Origin: a virus
Lineage: Duplodnaviria; Caudoviricetes
Length of the DNA: 64,000 nt
Direction: 5' to 3' (one strand)
Virus record (IMG/VR): IMGVR_UViG_3300028591_000164
Span: 17,948 to 81,947 of that record
This document shows, piece by piece, positions 25,042 to 36,886 of this stretch (positions are counted from its first letter, which is position 1; each line of letters opens with the position of its first letter). Below the pieces are notes generated by a model, which searched no databases, was not told the origin of the DNA, and worked only from the letters and a program-made list of their open reading frames with translations. The position numbers and the translations under genes are program-made.

Positions 25042-27312
25042 TTAATGTATATGTTTAACGCGGTCTTCTGTTTCTTTTTGTTTGCCCCAATTAAAAGCAT
25101 CTTTGTAAGAGCCAGTTAAATAACCAGTAACCCTACGTAGACGAGAAATATTTTTACTGCCACATTCTGGACAAGATTCACCAATTTCATCTTGATAGCC
25201 GCAATCATTGCACATGTCTAGTGGCACGTTTATCGCGAAATATGGTATGTCCTTATCCATCGCATAATTTACTATGGTTTCAAGCGCATCAATATTATTT
25301 TTTACACCAGAAGGAACTTCTACATATGTTATACATCCCGCACTGGAATAACCAGTTAATTGCGCTTCAATATCAATCTTATCAAAGATAGAAATATCGT
25401 GCCATACAGGAACATGAATACTATTTGTAAAATATTCGCGGTCAGAAACATTAGGAATTTCACCATATTTTGCTTTGAATTTTTTCATCGCTGTGTAGCA
25501 TAAATTTTCTGCTGGCGTATAATATACACCAAAGTTAAGTTTATATTCTTGTTTAAATTCTGCGCAGCGCGTTTTAAATAATTGCTCAATACGTTTTGCT
25601 AGTTCCATGCCTTCTTCAGTTGTGTGGTCTTTACCGATTAGAATTTGAAGCGTTTCAGCCAAGCCCAGTTGCCCGATAACAATGGTGCCATGTTTCAATG
25701 CTGAACGAATTCCTTCTTCTGGATGGTAGCCAAGCATTGTATGGTTTTCATACATAAATTTTGCTGACGCGGGAGACTGTTTACAAATCCATTCAAAACG
25801 TTCAAGAAGCATGTCTTTGGCTTCATGGATTTTTTTGTCTAATAGAAGCATAAAGTTTTCTACTAAATCCGCTTCTTTCATTATATAATCGTTTTTATCT
25901 AGCTTTTCTTTTACTTCCATTGCCAATGTTGGCATAATAATAGTTACTGGGCAAATATTGCCGCGGCCATCTTTTGTTTGTGGATTAACTCCCGGTTCTG
26001 CATTGATGTCTGCGCCATTTGCGGTTCTGCAACCCATTGTAGAGAAGTAAGTTTTTGGATCATTTATATCATAGCCAGCATTGCCACTCCAATCAACATT
26101 CGCGTAGTTTGGATAAATACGCTTGGCAGTAGATTCAAGCGCGAGGCGGAACAAATCATAATTTGGATCGCCAGGAGCACGGTTTATACCTCTCATACAT
26201 TGGAAAATACCGCACGGGAAAATAGGAGTCTTATGGAACTTCCCTACACCCTTTATTGAACCTTCAAGCAACGCTTTAATTACCATGCGGCCTTCGGGTA
26301 GCGTACAGGTTCCATAATTAATAGATGTGAAAGGCAATTGATTGCCGCTACGAGATTGAAGTGTATTTAAGTTATGATACATGCCTTCAACTGCTTGTTG
26401 AAGTTCACGCATAGTCATATCCATTGCATATTTATAAGCTTTTGTTGTCTTTGCAGTTTGCACTAAAGGAAGTATTCTTTCGTCAACTGTTAAATTATGA
26501 TAAGGCTCAATGGGCATTTTAGAAATATCTACATTTAAGAAATAATGATTTTCATTATCTTCTTCAAACCATTTTAGGCCATCTTTGAAGTGCTTCCAAA
26601 AACTTTTTCTTACATAAGGAACCATAGTCCAATCTAAATGAGTTGCTGAAACTCCGCCAAACTACATTAAAGATTGAAGCTAAAATATAACTGCTACAAG
26701 TTGGAAAGCAGTATTAATTGAATTAGCTGGACGAACATCTGTTTGTCTCGTATTAAATCCTTTGGCTAGTAAGTCATCAAATGGAATACTTAAACAGTTA
26801 TGCATTCCTACTGCATAAGCGCTTAAATCATGAATATAAATTTCATTATTTAAATGATTATTTCGCGCCATATCTGACATACAGAAATCAAGTGCATATT
26901 GTTTCATCATTTCGTCGGATGCTTCACCAACGCGGCCACCAAATGAATGCTCATCAACATTTGCGTTTTGATTTTGAACATTTTTTGCTTGGAGCTTTTC
27001 ACTAATTGAGCGAATAAACTCATCAGAACAAGAGCGCATTACGCCGCGCTTATAACGATAACGAATGTAGGCTTTTGCGGTTAATTTATCATATTCAGTT
27101 AAGTAATCTTCTACTAATTCTTGAATTTCTTCAACATCTAGCGGCCTATCCATTTGTGTTGCCACTTCATATACATTATCAGCAATTTTTTTACCATAAT
27201 CTGGAGTTTTTTGTGTAAAATGAACATCTTTATATGCTTTATTTATTGCTTCAACAATTTTTTGAGCATCAAAGTCTACATAATCTCCAGAGCGTTTTCT
27301 AATTTGTATCAT
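25042..27312 (-). CDS. nrdD: Class III (anaerobic) ribonucleoside-triphosphate reductase with ATP cone, 756 aa (2 TAG)
   Basis: Two track ORFs join in frame across TAGs at 26680 and 26662, giving VIF(Q)LQSLM(Q)FGGVSATHLDWT. Also HNCL, TMGCRT, Zn site CNDC...CPEC and glycyl loop RRVTGYL. Confidence 0.95.
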
Positions 27313-27528
27313 TTATTCTGGCCTCCCAGCATGTTTTTTTCCACAATATGGGCAAGTATCATCAACCCATACAAAATTATATCTAGCATCAAAATGCGGG
27401 CATCTGCTCTAATTAATGCGCATTTTTGCCTGAATTTCTTTTACTGTGCTTTTCTTTTCCATAGTTGCAAGCGCGATTTTTAATTCTTTATCCAATCGCT
27501 CTTTTTCTGCAATAATTTCTTCTATCAT
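27313..27528 (-). CDS. Small protein with CPH...CPYC motif, 71 aa (1 TAG)
   Basis: Manual translation MIEEIIAEKERLDKEL...IN(Q)SRCPHF...TCPYCGKK. Confidence 0.55.
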
Positions 27529-28604
27529 ATTCTCCAAACCCCCTTAGCAGATAGTGTTGTAAAATTATGATTAAATAAATCTTTTGCTGCGGGGTATTTT
27601 TCTTGTAATAAATTGCGTGCTTCTCGCGCCGGTCCGATTTTGCCGCTTTGCTAAACAAGAGTTCGCTCAGCCAAAGACTTATTTTTTTTAGAAGGCCCTT
27701 TGCTCCATCCTTCTACTAATTTAGAAAGATGAAATAGCGGGTCAACGTAGCCAAGAGATGGCTATTCATATTTAATTTTCAATGGGATTTTACAAGCCCA
27801 AAAAGAAAATAATATATTCATTTTATATATAAAATCTTCTAAATAAAACTTTGAATATCTAAAATCACCGCCAAGTGTAATAGACACATTAGAAGACTCT
27901 GTAATATCAGCCAAAAATTTATTTTTATAATTTTTTAACATATAATGTACTTCATCAAGTGGAATGTCCAAGTCAAGAATTATTTCATTTGCGCGACCCA
28001 TTTTTTCAATTCCACGTAAAGTAAAATACTATGTTAAAGTCTTACATCGTGCGGGATGGATAGTTAAAATTTTCGCGGGATTGCGTTCTGCTACTTTATT
28101 AAGAACTTCTTCCCATCCAGGATGAAATATATCTTTATCAAATATAAAAATACGTTTCTTTGTTTTTACTGGTGGAATTGGCAATACCTTGTCGCCCGCG
28201 AACATTCTATAATAACTATCATCCAATATATGTGTAATTACATGTGATTTAATTCCTTCTTGATATTTCTTTTTAAGTATTTCTTTATATATTGCTGGCC
28301 GCGGAATTGTGTAATCAACAATCTATTCTTCAAACGGAATATAATTTTTAGTAAAATTTGTGCCGCCAAAGATTATATTTGTTGCTTTTTTAAATGCATC
28401 AGGAACTTGAATTGGCTGTTCGCTTTCACTAAAAAAATATATTTTATCATAATTACTTAATTCAGTTTCATCTAAATCTATAAGGCGGCAGAAAATATTT
28501 CTTTCCGCCTTATAGTATGTTGCTAATTTCATTATTTCTATGTTAGGAATTAATTTTGTTATAGCAGAAGCGGAATAGAAATCATAATCAACGAGCCCAA
28601 TCAT
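27525..28604 (-). CDS. Hypothetical protein, 359 aa (>=4 TAG)
   Basis: Track ORFs 28323-28604, 28029-28226 and 27762-28001 share a frame and join across TAGs; ends at TGA 27525-27527. Confidence 0.7.
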
Positions 28605-31600
28605 TATTCATCCACCTCCGCGCGTTCAAACTGGAATGTTAAATTTTCGCCATCTATTAATGTAATTTTCGCAATAACTGGGAATACTGAGTTCTTCCGT
28701 TTTTTAGGAATGAAGTTATTTTCTCTTCTAATTCCTTGTACCATTAACTTAGTACCGCGACTAAACCAGCTCTTCTCAATAACGTGTTTTTTGCCATCTT
28801 CACCACGTTGCGATAACTGTTTATCATATATCGCAAACTGATTCTTATATACTTTAACAGTTACAACACCAGTTGGAGTTAATAACGTTACCGTATTATG
28901 TAATTTATCTTTATCAATTACTGTACCAATAATCTTATGTAAAGTATATACTTTAACTTCTTGTCCATTTGTTCCACGAAAACTATATTCAATTTCTGGT
29001 TCTTCTGGTAAAGTAAAGAAATCATCATATTGTGGTGCCGCGGTGGCAAGTTCATGCTCATGATAATAAAAACTAATACTATCCATTTCCCACTTGCTTA
29101 TATTACCATTACTATATTTTTCCGCGGCTTCATTGTAAATTGTGTCATTTAATTTCTGTAACATCTCTTGTTTATGCGCTTTTATATATTCTCTCATTGG
29201 GTCCATTGCTTTTTTATAAATGTTATCCCAAACTTTTTGAGAAATCTGCACACCATTTTCAATTAAATCCGCATCAAAATTCTTTGTAATATAATTGATT
29301 GCTGCATCATTTAATCTATAATAAATACCATCTTTATTATCTTTTAAGAACTTATTAAACAAGAATAACTTCTTATAAAATATCATATCTTCTGGGATTA
29401 AATCTTTTGTAATCAATGCCTGCATATTTCTTAAATTCAAATCTACCTTTTTATCAATAGTTGATTCAAGAAACTTCCGCATTATTTCTTCTCGTGGCAT
29501 TTTTTCAATTTCATCAAACGCCCCAGATTTAATCAAATTTACAATCTGTATAATATTTAATTTATTCTTTCCTAAAAAGTCCTTTAAAGATAAGTATGGG
29601 CGCTGCTCCATAATTTCAGTAATTTTTTCTCCGGATATACGTGCGATGCCGCGTAGTCCGTATAGAATTGTATTTGTTTCCGCAATTGGGGTAAATGTAT
29701 AAGAAGATTTATTAATATCTGGCGGCGAAACTTGAATCCCGTATCCACCTAATTTACCGATTATAGACGCGATACGCCCATAATCTATATTCTTTTGCTT
29801 TTTCTTTTTCTTATCTTCTTCATTCGCTGTAATGTCTTTATTTGCCTCTTCCCACTCTTCTAATTCTTCATCATCATCTTCTACCGCGGTATCAATAGCG
29901 TCATCATCCGGCGCCAATTCTACTTCAATCATTGCTTCATCATTATCATCTTCAAAATCGACGGTTTGCACACCACCACTATCTACAATAAGATTGGCTG
30001 TGTTCCAATATACGATTGGATACTTATATGCTAAATTCATTTCTTGAAGTGCAATTATTGAATAGGCGAGCGTGTGACTCGCATTAAAGCCATAGCCGCG
30101 GCTTAAAGCAATCTGAACATCCCATACATAATGGCAAAAACGTTCATCGCATCCTTTTTCTTTAATACCTTTAAAAAACTTTTCAGTTAATTCTTCATAT
30201 TCTTTTGGATTCTTTTTCGCAATACTTTTCCTTAACTTATCTGCGAATTGTAAGTCCCAGCCACCACATTCTGGCAACTGAACCAGTTTCATAAATTGTT
30301 CCTGCGTGATAGAAAGACCATTTGAAATATCAAGTTCTTTATGCATTAATTTCATTCGCTCTTCTGTCAATCCATATTCGCGCATTTCTTTATCCCACAT
30401 CCAAGGATGTTCACGAAATCGCGCATACTTATCAAGTGGTGATTCTGCGCCTTTCTCCGCAGCCATTAGACGAATAACGGAGTTTAAGGTTGCGAGGTCG
30501 TCTACATTACGCGGATTTGTTAAACCAATACCGCGAATACCACTATCTTTTTCCATCTGAAACAGTGAAATAATTTTGTGGTCATGCACCATATCCCACA
30601 TTTTAGGATCTTCGCGTTCAAGCTGATATACATTTAATGCATGTTCATATGTTTCTCTTAAAGTTGGATATTCTTTAATATAACCATCTTTGACTAACAT
30701 TTCTAAGCAAACTTGAATTTTATCCGCAGCTTCAACTGAAAGCAAGTCCATTTTAATTTCTGAAACATCTTCCAAATCATGAAGCTCAAATTGAGTTACA
30801 ATTGTTCCATCAGGCGCACGCATTAAGGCAGAAGATTCTGTAAAATCTTTGTCTTTAAACACAACACCGCCTGCGTGAATCAGTTATTCCTATGTTACCA
30901 TAGGCCCAGACTATATCTTCATTTCTTTCATTTTTTCTTCTCGTAAAGATTTGGCAAGCCTAAGAGCCTCTTCTTCACCATATTTTTCAACAGAAAAAGA
31001 TTTTGAATGTCTTTTATGATTTTCATCTGTCCATTCACAAATCCAACTTGCTTTTGCTATTCCTGGCCGCGCTTCTCTCTTATAAACGCCACGAATATCA
31101 CAAGAACTTTCTTTTCTTGGCTTGGCGTTTGCTGAATTAATTGCCCTGTTAGTTATTCGCAAATTTGTTTTTCTATTGTCTAGCGGGTCTCTATTAATAT
31201 GGTCTATAACCATATTATCGTTATCATTATGTAAAATAAACTAATGTAATCCGATTTTTTGTAATGAATTTTCATTACTTACAATTCGTATATCATTTTC
31301 ATGAACTAATAATGTCCATTTATATTGGCTTACTCTTGTATAATCGTCTTTATCTATTTTTCCAAACGCTTCTATATTTCGTGTATTTATAATATGTAAG
31401 ATATAATAATCATCTTTTTCAATATATTCATTTAATACATTTTTCCTAAAAGCGTTGGCCTTCTTATTTTCATTACGAATATTAGAAGTATAATGATGTA
31501 AATTTGTATGCGCGCGACATCCATTAATTTGTTCTACTAAACTTAATGAAACATTACATATTTTAGCAATATCTACATTGCGTTGCTGATTTTCTAAACG

Positions 31601-33599
31601 ATGAATAATATCTAAAATAATTTCATCCGAATACTTTTTCATATTTTCACCCCCTTTATATTATATTTTATTAGGCTTATGAAAGAAATGCGAGGCGCTT
31701 CGAGTGGTAGCATCTCCACTCTACTTGGCTACATTCATCACCAATAGTCGTTACACCTTCTACCAATAAGTAGCTTGGCACGGGATTATCACCAGCATTT
31801 TACGCGGGAGATTTCCCCGTTAGCAGAAAAATTTTCCACACCGCTTGCAAAGCGTTCACCTCGTTTTACATGGGCTATCACTTACGTTAACCCATTCCGC
31901 AAATCAATCCTTCAATACGATTCGCAACTTCCCACAATTTCGGATATTTATTTACTTCATTAATAAACATCTGATTCGGTTGAAGACCATTTTCTTCATC
32001 ACCATAATACATTTGCTTCAATGTATATAACTGTCCACGTTCCGCGCCAATTAATGAAGAAACATACTGTGCATTATCTACATCAATACCAAGACCGCGG
32101 CACGCGGTTAATATTGCGGATTTTGATTTTTCTAGTTTAAATGTTGCTACATTTGATACTCGGTTTTCTCCATAAAAATCTCTTAAATGTTCCAATACTT
32201 GCGCACGTTTAATACCAGAAATATCAACGTCAATATCAAGGACGCTAACACGCGCGGGATTGAGGAACCTCCACGGAAATGTAGGTGTTTTTTCGCGCAG
32301 GCAATTGATTTGAATAATATCTAACGCATATAGAAGTAAAAAACCACCGCCAGAACCACGCGCTGGCATGACTAATGTTCCCGCATTCCAACATTCATCT
32401 ATAATCTTTTGAAGATTTAAGAAATACGCGGACCACTGCGCTTTATTTACTTCGCTTGAAATCCAAGTCATTTCTAGACACTCATTAAGCGCATCGTATG
32501 CCGCTTGATTTTGTAAATCTTCATGCTCGTGAATACCTTCAATAAGCGCCAATGCTAATTGATTATCGGCATAATATTGAGATTTAACAAATTTTTCTAA
32601 TGCTGGCATTAGTCTTGTAAAAGCAAAAACTTCATCTGGTTGCCGCCGCTTAAATTTTCTCCATGGAAGTTGAGGAATTTCCAATGGCTTTAAAATACTA
32701 AAATCTTCACATTTATCTTTTATTTCTCTAATAGTTTTATACGCAGCCTCAATTTGTTCTTCTGTTAAATATGGAAAAAATGAACGAATCTCTTCATCCG
32801 TCATCATATAAGTTGTTTCATAAAAACTTTTAACTTCACGCTCACCGTCTTGTGCGTTTAAAAATGTTTCATGAATAAACGCATCTTCGGGCCGCAGATA
32901 ATGACTATCAGTTGTAATGATATATGGAATATTTAATTCTTCACTAATTTTTAATAACTGCTTATTTACAAATACCTGTTCTTTTCCATTTGAAGGCTGC
33001 ATCTCCAAATAAAAATTACCCACGCCAAAAATATTCTGAATATATAAACACCAATTCTTTGCTGTTTCATAAAAATTAATATCGTTGGTATTCATATATT
33101 GAAGTAAAAATCTATCTAACTGCGAACCCAAGCAAGCACTTGAAGCAATCAAATGCCCCGGATTTTTTCCTACTATTTCTTTTAAATCTCTATAATAAGT
33201 TGGACGCCGCCGCAACCTACGACTAATATATGACCGCTTCCATGCTCTTGTAGATAATTCACAAATTTGATGATAACCTTCCAAATCCTTGCATAAAAGA
33301 ATAAAGTGAAAATATCTATCACGGGTTTTATCAAAATTCTTCACATTTAAATCATTACGTGTCAGATAAATCTCATTGCCGCGGATTAACTTAAAATCTG
33401 GATGTTGTTCTTTAATTTTCTTATAATATTTTTCTGCTTTAATATAACTTGAAATTGTTTCATGGTCTGTAATCGCAACGCATTCATGCCCTAATTGAAT
33501 TGCTGTATCAATTAGGGCATTTACTTTATTTATACAATCACGAAGTGTCTCATTGCTATAATCGGTGTGATTATGCAAAGAACCAGGGTATAAACTCAC
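28604..33599 (-). CDS. dnaE: DNA polymerase III alpha subunit (family C, DnaE-type): exon 1 33599-31890, exon 2 30880-28604, 1328 aa spliced
   Basis: PHP motifs LHNHTDYS, AITDHE and TTDSHY; ARGSGGG; catalytic DIDVD; spliced junction ICGMG|IHAGGVVF; GYGFNASH; C-terminal OB fold. Confidence 0.93.
30881..31889 (-). ncRNA. Group I self-splicing intron (IA2-like), 1009 nt, in dnaE
   Basis: P1: exon AUGGGU pairs with GCCCAU, giving the U.G pair at the 5' splice site. P3 GAGGUG/CGCCUC. P4 ACGGGGAA/AAUCCCGU. R GUAACGACUA and S AAGAUAUAGUC (P7). P7.1 and P7.2 hairpins. 12-bp P8 CAUUUCUUUCAU/AUGAAAGAAAUG. P9 CCUAUG-GUAA-CAUAGG. Terminal G at 30881. Removing it restores frame and motif. Confidence 0.92.
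30884..31642 (-). CDS. Intron-encoded HNH homing endonuclease with AP2-like C-terminal domain, 252 aa in code 15, located in loop L8
   Basis: Two track ORFs join across TAG 31241-31243: GLH(Q)FIL...VIDHINRDPLDNRKTNLR. C-terminal RGVYKR...W...KSFSVEKYGEEEALRLA. The first TAA is at 30884-30886. Confidence 0.85.
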
Positions 33600-33629
33600 A
33601 CAACCACCTCTTTCTATTATTCTGTAATT

Positions 33630-33658
33630 ATTATAGCATAATTTTTAATTTTCGTCAA
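33630..33658 (-). promoter_or_regulatory. SigA-type promoter for dnaE
   Basis: TTGACG-17-TATAAT. Confidence 0.7.
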
Positions 33659-33857
33659 GTGTTTCCATTATTGCGGTTCGTATATGCTTATATAAATTTA
33701 GTTTAGGTCTTAATTTTCTTATCATTCCAGCGTACATTTTTGGATAATGACACTTTTCATTACTATGGAATGCATACTGAAAAGAAAATGGACAATTATA
33801 AATATCTTCGTCATCATTCGGGTCAGTATAAGCAAATATACAATCGGTACAAATCAT
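33645..33857 (-). CDS. Small Cys-rich hypothetical protein, 70 aa
   Basis: Track ORF; CTDC...CPF...CHY. Confidence 0.55.
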   Translation of the reverse strand: MICTDCIFAYTDPNDDEDIYNCPFSFQYAFHSNEKCHYPKMYAGMIRKLRPKLNLYKHIRTAIMETLDEN

Positions 33858-33979
33858 TTTTCTCGCTCCTTATAATTATTACATATATATCGTGAATCTA
33901 TTTTAACATTCCATAATTTACAGTAATCATAATACCAACTGTAATAAATACAATTATCACAACATTTTTTAGAATTCAT
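33854..33979 (-). CDS. Small Cys-rich peptide, 41 aa
   Basis: MNSKKCCDNCIYYSWYYDYCKLW...; overlaps the recJ stop and has an ATGA overlap with the next gene. Confidence 0.45.
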   Translation of the reverse strand: MNSKKCCDNCIYYSWYYDYCKLWNVKIDSRYICNNYKEREK

Positions 33980-35741
33980 ATTTACTATTATCTATTTTAA
34001 ATTCATAATCATCTATAAAAACCTATATTGAGGTTTTTCCCATAAATGTATTTAAATTCGCGCGACCATATACCGTTAATGTCTTCATTCTATTATTCAT
34101 AACTTCATTAACAAAATCAGCATCTTTAAATCTTACATAATCAACACCATTGTATGAGATTTTCATACTATCTTTATTCGCGCCCATAGCCATTACATTA
34201 GCAAGAGCAATATCGGTAATAACAAATTTAATTTCATCTATGTGATTACCAAAGTATTCTGGATGTTCAGCTAGTGTATAGAGTAACTGTGCGTTTCCTT
34301 GCCTACCATCTAAAATATAATCAACTGTATAACAATTTTCAAAATCTTCTGGATTTAAATGATTATTACAATAATCAATTAATGAATCAATTTTCTGGCT
34401 TTTAATTCCCCAACCGCAAGCATTATCGTGTCCCGCGGCATACATTAATAGTCCACTGTTTTCAAGGAATGCTTTAAAACTTGGTAGCCCATTAAAATTT
34501 CCATCACTACGAATACTTCCTTGTACTTCACCGCGGCTATTGCGGCGACCAATCATAACAGGTTTATGATATTTAGAAACAATCGCCATAGCAATTAAGC
34601 CAGTAAGTTCTTGTTGGATATTATCAGAAGAATCTAGTTCTACAAGAATTACATTATTAGAAAGCAAATCATTCTTCTGAATCTTAAAATCAATTAAATC
34701 AATAGCCTTTTCTTTTAGCTTATCCTGTCGCGCCTTTGCATTTTTACCTACTCGCGCAGTTTGCTCCGCGGCTGTTTCCGTATCTCCTAACTTTGCGCCG
34801 CGTTTCGTACTTGCTACTAATCTATCTGGATCAATAAAACAATAAAACATTGTTTCTTTTTCCGCGCGCGTGCCCACGCGCGTAATGGCATTAATTAGAG
34901 GTGCAATATAAAAGGCAATATCAATTGGATTTAGACCAGGCCATGGATAAACCGCTTTTTCTTTTAAGGAAAAAGCCTGCGCTTCAAGTAAAGTTTGGAA
35001 TCCTTTATTTTGAATGTTGGCTAATCCCGCGAGCATTAAATAATTTGTTTCCGCAGTTGTTCTATCCATAACATCAGCAATTTCTCCAAGCGCCGTTAAG
35101 TCTAAATAATTATGTGAAAGTTCTACTCCAAGAGTATCATCTAGAACTTCGCAAAATTTATATACTACTCCCGCACCGCATAGAGATTTATTCTCATATT
35201 TTGGAGATAATTGATTATTAATAATAATCGTATTCTTCGCGGTTGAAATTACTGGATTGCCATTATCATCATATAGTTGTTCATGGTGGTCAAGAATTAA
35301 GCAATCAATTCCTAATTGTTCCAATCTTGAATGCTCTTTTACATCATAACTGGCACTGTCTGGACAAATAACTAAATTATAAACCGGATCATCTTCAATA
35401 CTATTAATTATATCACTTAAACCATGTTGCTTATGTTCATGGACAACAAAATTTAAATCTGCTTGCGGAAAAATGCTTTTGATATAAAGCCATAAAATCG
35501 CAGAGCTTGTAAATCCATCACAGTCCGCATCTACTACAAATAAAATACTACTATTCGCGCGAAGGTGGTGTAATAGCATTTCTACTCCCTCTTCAATATG
35601 TTCTAAATCATATGGATTTAATTCACAAGCAAAAGATGGATTTAAAAATTTATCTATATCCTTTACTCCACGGTCAATTAAAATTGCTGGTAGTGCTGCC
35701 GCGGGATTCATGGGGTAATTATTTCTTAATTTATATTTCAT
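33969..35741 (-). CDS. recJ: RecJ-like DHH/DHHA1 ssDNA exonuclease, 590 aa (1 TAG near the C-terminus)
   Basis: VDADCDG, ILDHH, CGAGV, LGEIADVM and AGHDNACG. Read-through gives TSI(Q)VFIDDY, which matches the RecJ end motif xQxxIxD. Confidence 0.88.
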
Positions 35742-35758
35742 ACCATATTCATTCTCCT

Positions 35759-36886
35759 TTACTTTACTTTAACTCTTGTTTTATATAAATGTTCAAATAT
35801 ATCTTTACCTCTATCAAACGGGGAATCTTTTTCTTTCAATACATTATCAAAATCCCACATATATGAAAAATTCGCTTGATTCTTATATTTCCTACACATA
35901 GAAACTATTTTTTCTTTATACTTTTTTGCTTTTTCGTCGCGACAGTTTTCATATTCTTTATCAAGCGCGACAATAATTTCATTAGCTCCTAATATATCAG
36001 TTAATAAACTAATGTGATATTTATTAAAAGTAGAACCGCAACAAGCAACGCAATTACTTAAATCTCCATAATAGCCATCATCTAACAAGACGGATTTTTC
36101 TCCTTCCGCGATAATTGCGCTTCTACGATATTGTATTCCAATTTGATGTTCATATATTCCATATAAATTAAATTGAAGCTGATGCGTATACATTATTGGT
36201 CCAATTTTAATTGGCATATATTTTCCATACTCTTCAATATCGCGTTCTTCAATGGAGCGCGCGCGAATACCAACTAGACGACCATTTATATCAAAATGCG
36301 GAATTACAATCTTATTTTGTCCAATACAAAAACTAATTTGAAATTTATCCATTGCTTCTTTTGTAATACCATCTTTTAGCCAAAGTGGATGATAGTATTT
36401 TGTAAAGTAAGATAATATTTCTGTTGGGTATTCATCTAATATAGGAATATTTTTTGTATATTTATACTTTTCTAAATCTAAATTATCTTTATATTTTTTT
36501 CTCTGATTAACATGCACTATTTGTTTTAAGCAATGCTTTACATACATTTCTGCTTCGTCATCAGAGATTTTTCTATCTTCATTAATGTCCATAAACTTTT
36601 TGTATAAAGTAAAAATGGACATTGCTTCATTACATTCAGTATAGCAGCGGAAAATCTTATTATTCTGATACCAATACAATTTCATAGATTCCGCCGCATG
36701 AAGTGGATTATGACAAATTGTTGGGCATACTAAATATCCTTTTTCAGGATACATTGCTATTTGATTAACGCCCAAACTTTCTAAAAAAGTCTTTACGTCA
36801 TCTAATGTAATAGATTCCATAATGTCTCTTTTAGTCATTTCTATTAAATCCAATTCTGTATCTAAATCGCCTAGCGTAGCTATCAT
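35759..36886 (-). CDS. DNA primase (Zn-binding domain + TOPRIM)
   Basis: CPTICH...C Zn region; IPHFDINGRLVGIRAR, IAEGEKSV and ALDKE; next to the helicase. Confidence 0.85.
   Translation of the reverse strand: MIATLGDLDTELDLIEMTKRDIMESITLDDVKTFLESLGVNQIAMYPEKGYLVCPTICHNPLHAAESMKLYWYQNNKIFRCYTECNEAMSIFTLYKKFMDINEDRKISDDEAEMYVKHCLKQIVHVNQRKKYKDNLDLEKYKYTKNIPILDEYPTEILSYFTKYYHPLWLKDGITKEAMDKFQISFCIGQNKIVIPHFDINGRLVGIRARSIEERDIEEYGKYMPIKIGPIMYTHQLQFNLYGIYEHQIGIQYRRSAIIAEGEKSVLLDDGYYGDLSNCVACCGSTFNKYHISLLTDILGANEIIVALDKEYENCRDEKAKKYKEKIVSMCRKYKNQANFSYMWDFDNVLKEKDSPFDRGKDIFEHLYKTRVKVK

Noticed and set aside
29790-29970. Acidic low-complexity stretch in DnaE as an intein or second insertion
   Set aside because: There is no N-terminal Cys/Ser block or His-Asn end, and it is only ~60 aa; it looks like a disordered loop.
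30863-31886. dnaE split by a frameshift, an intein or a naturally split gene
   Set aside because: There is a TAA right after exon 1, so no intein is possible, and a complete group I RNA fold whose removal restores the conserved motif.
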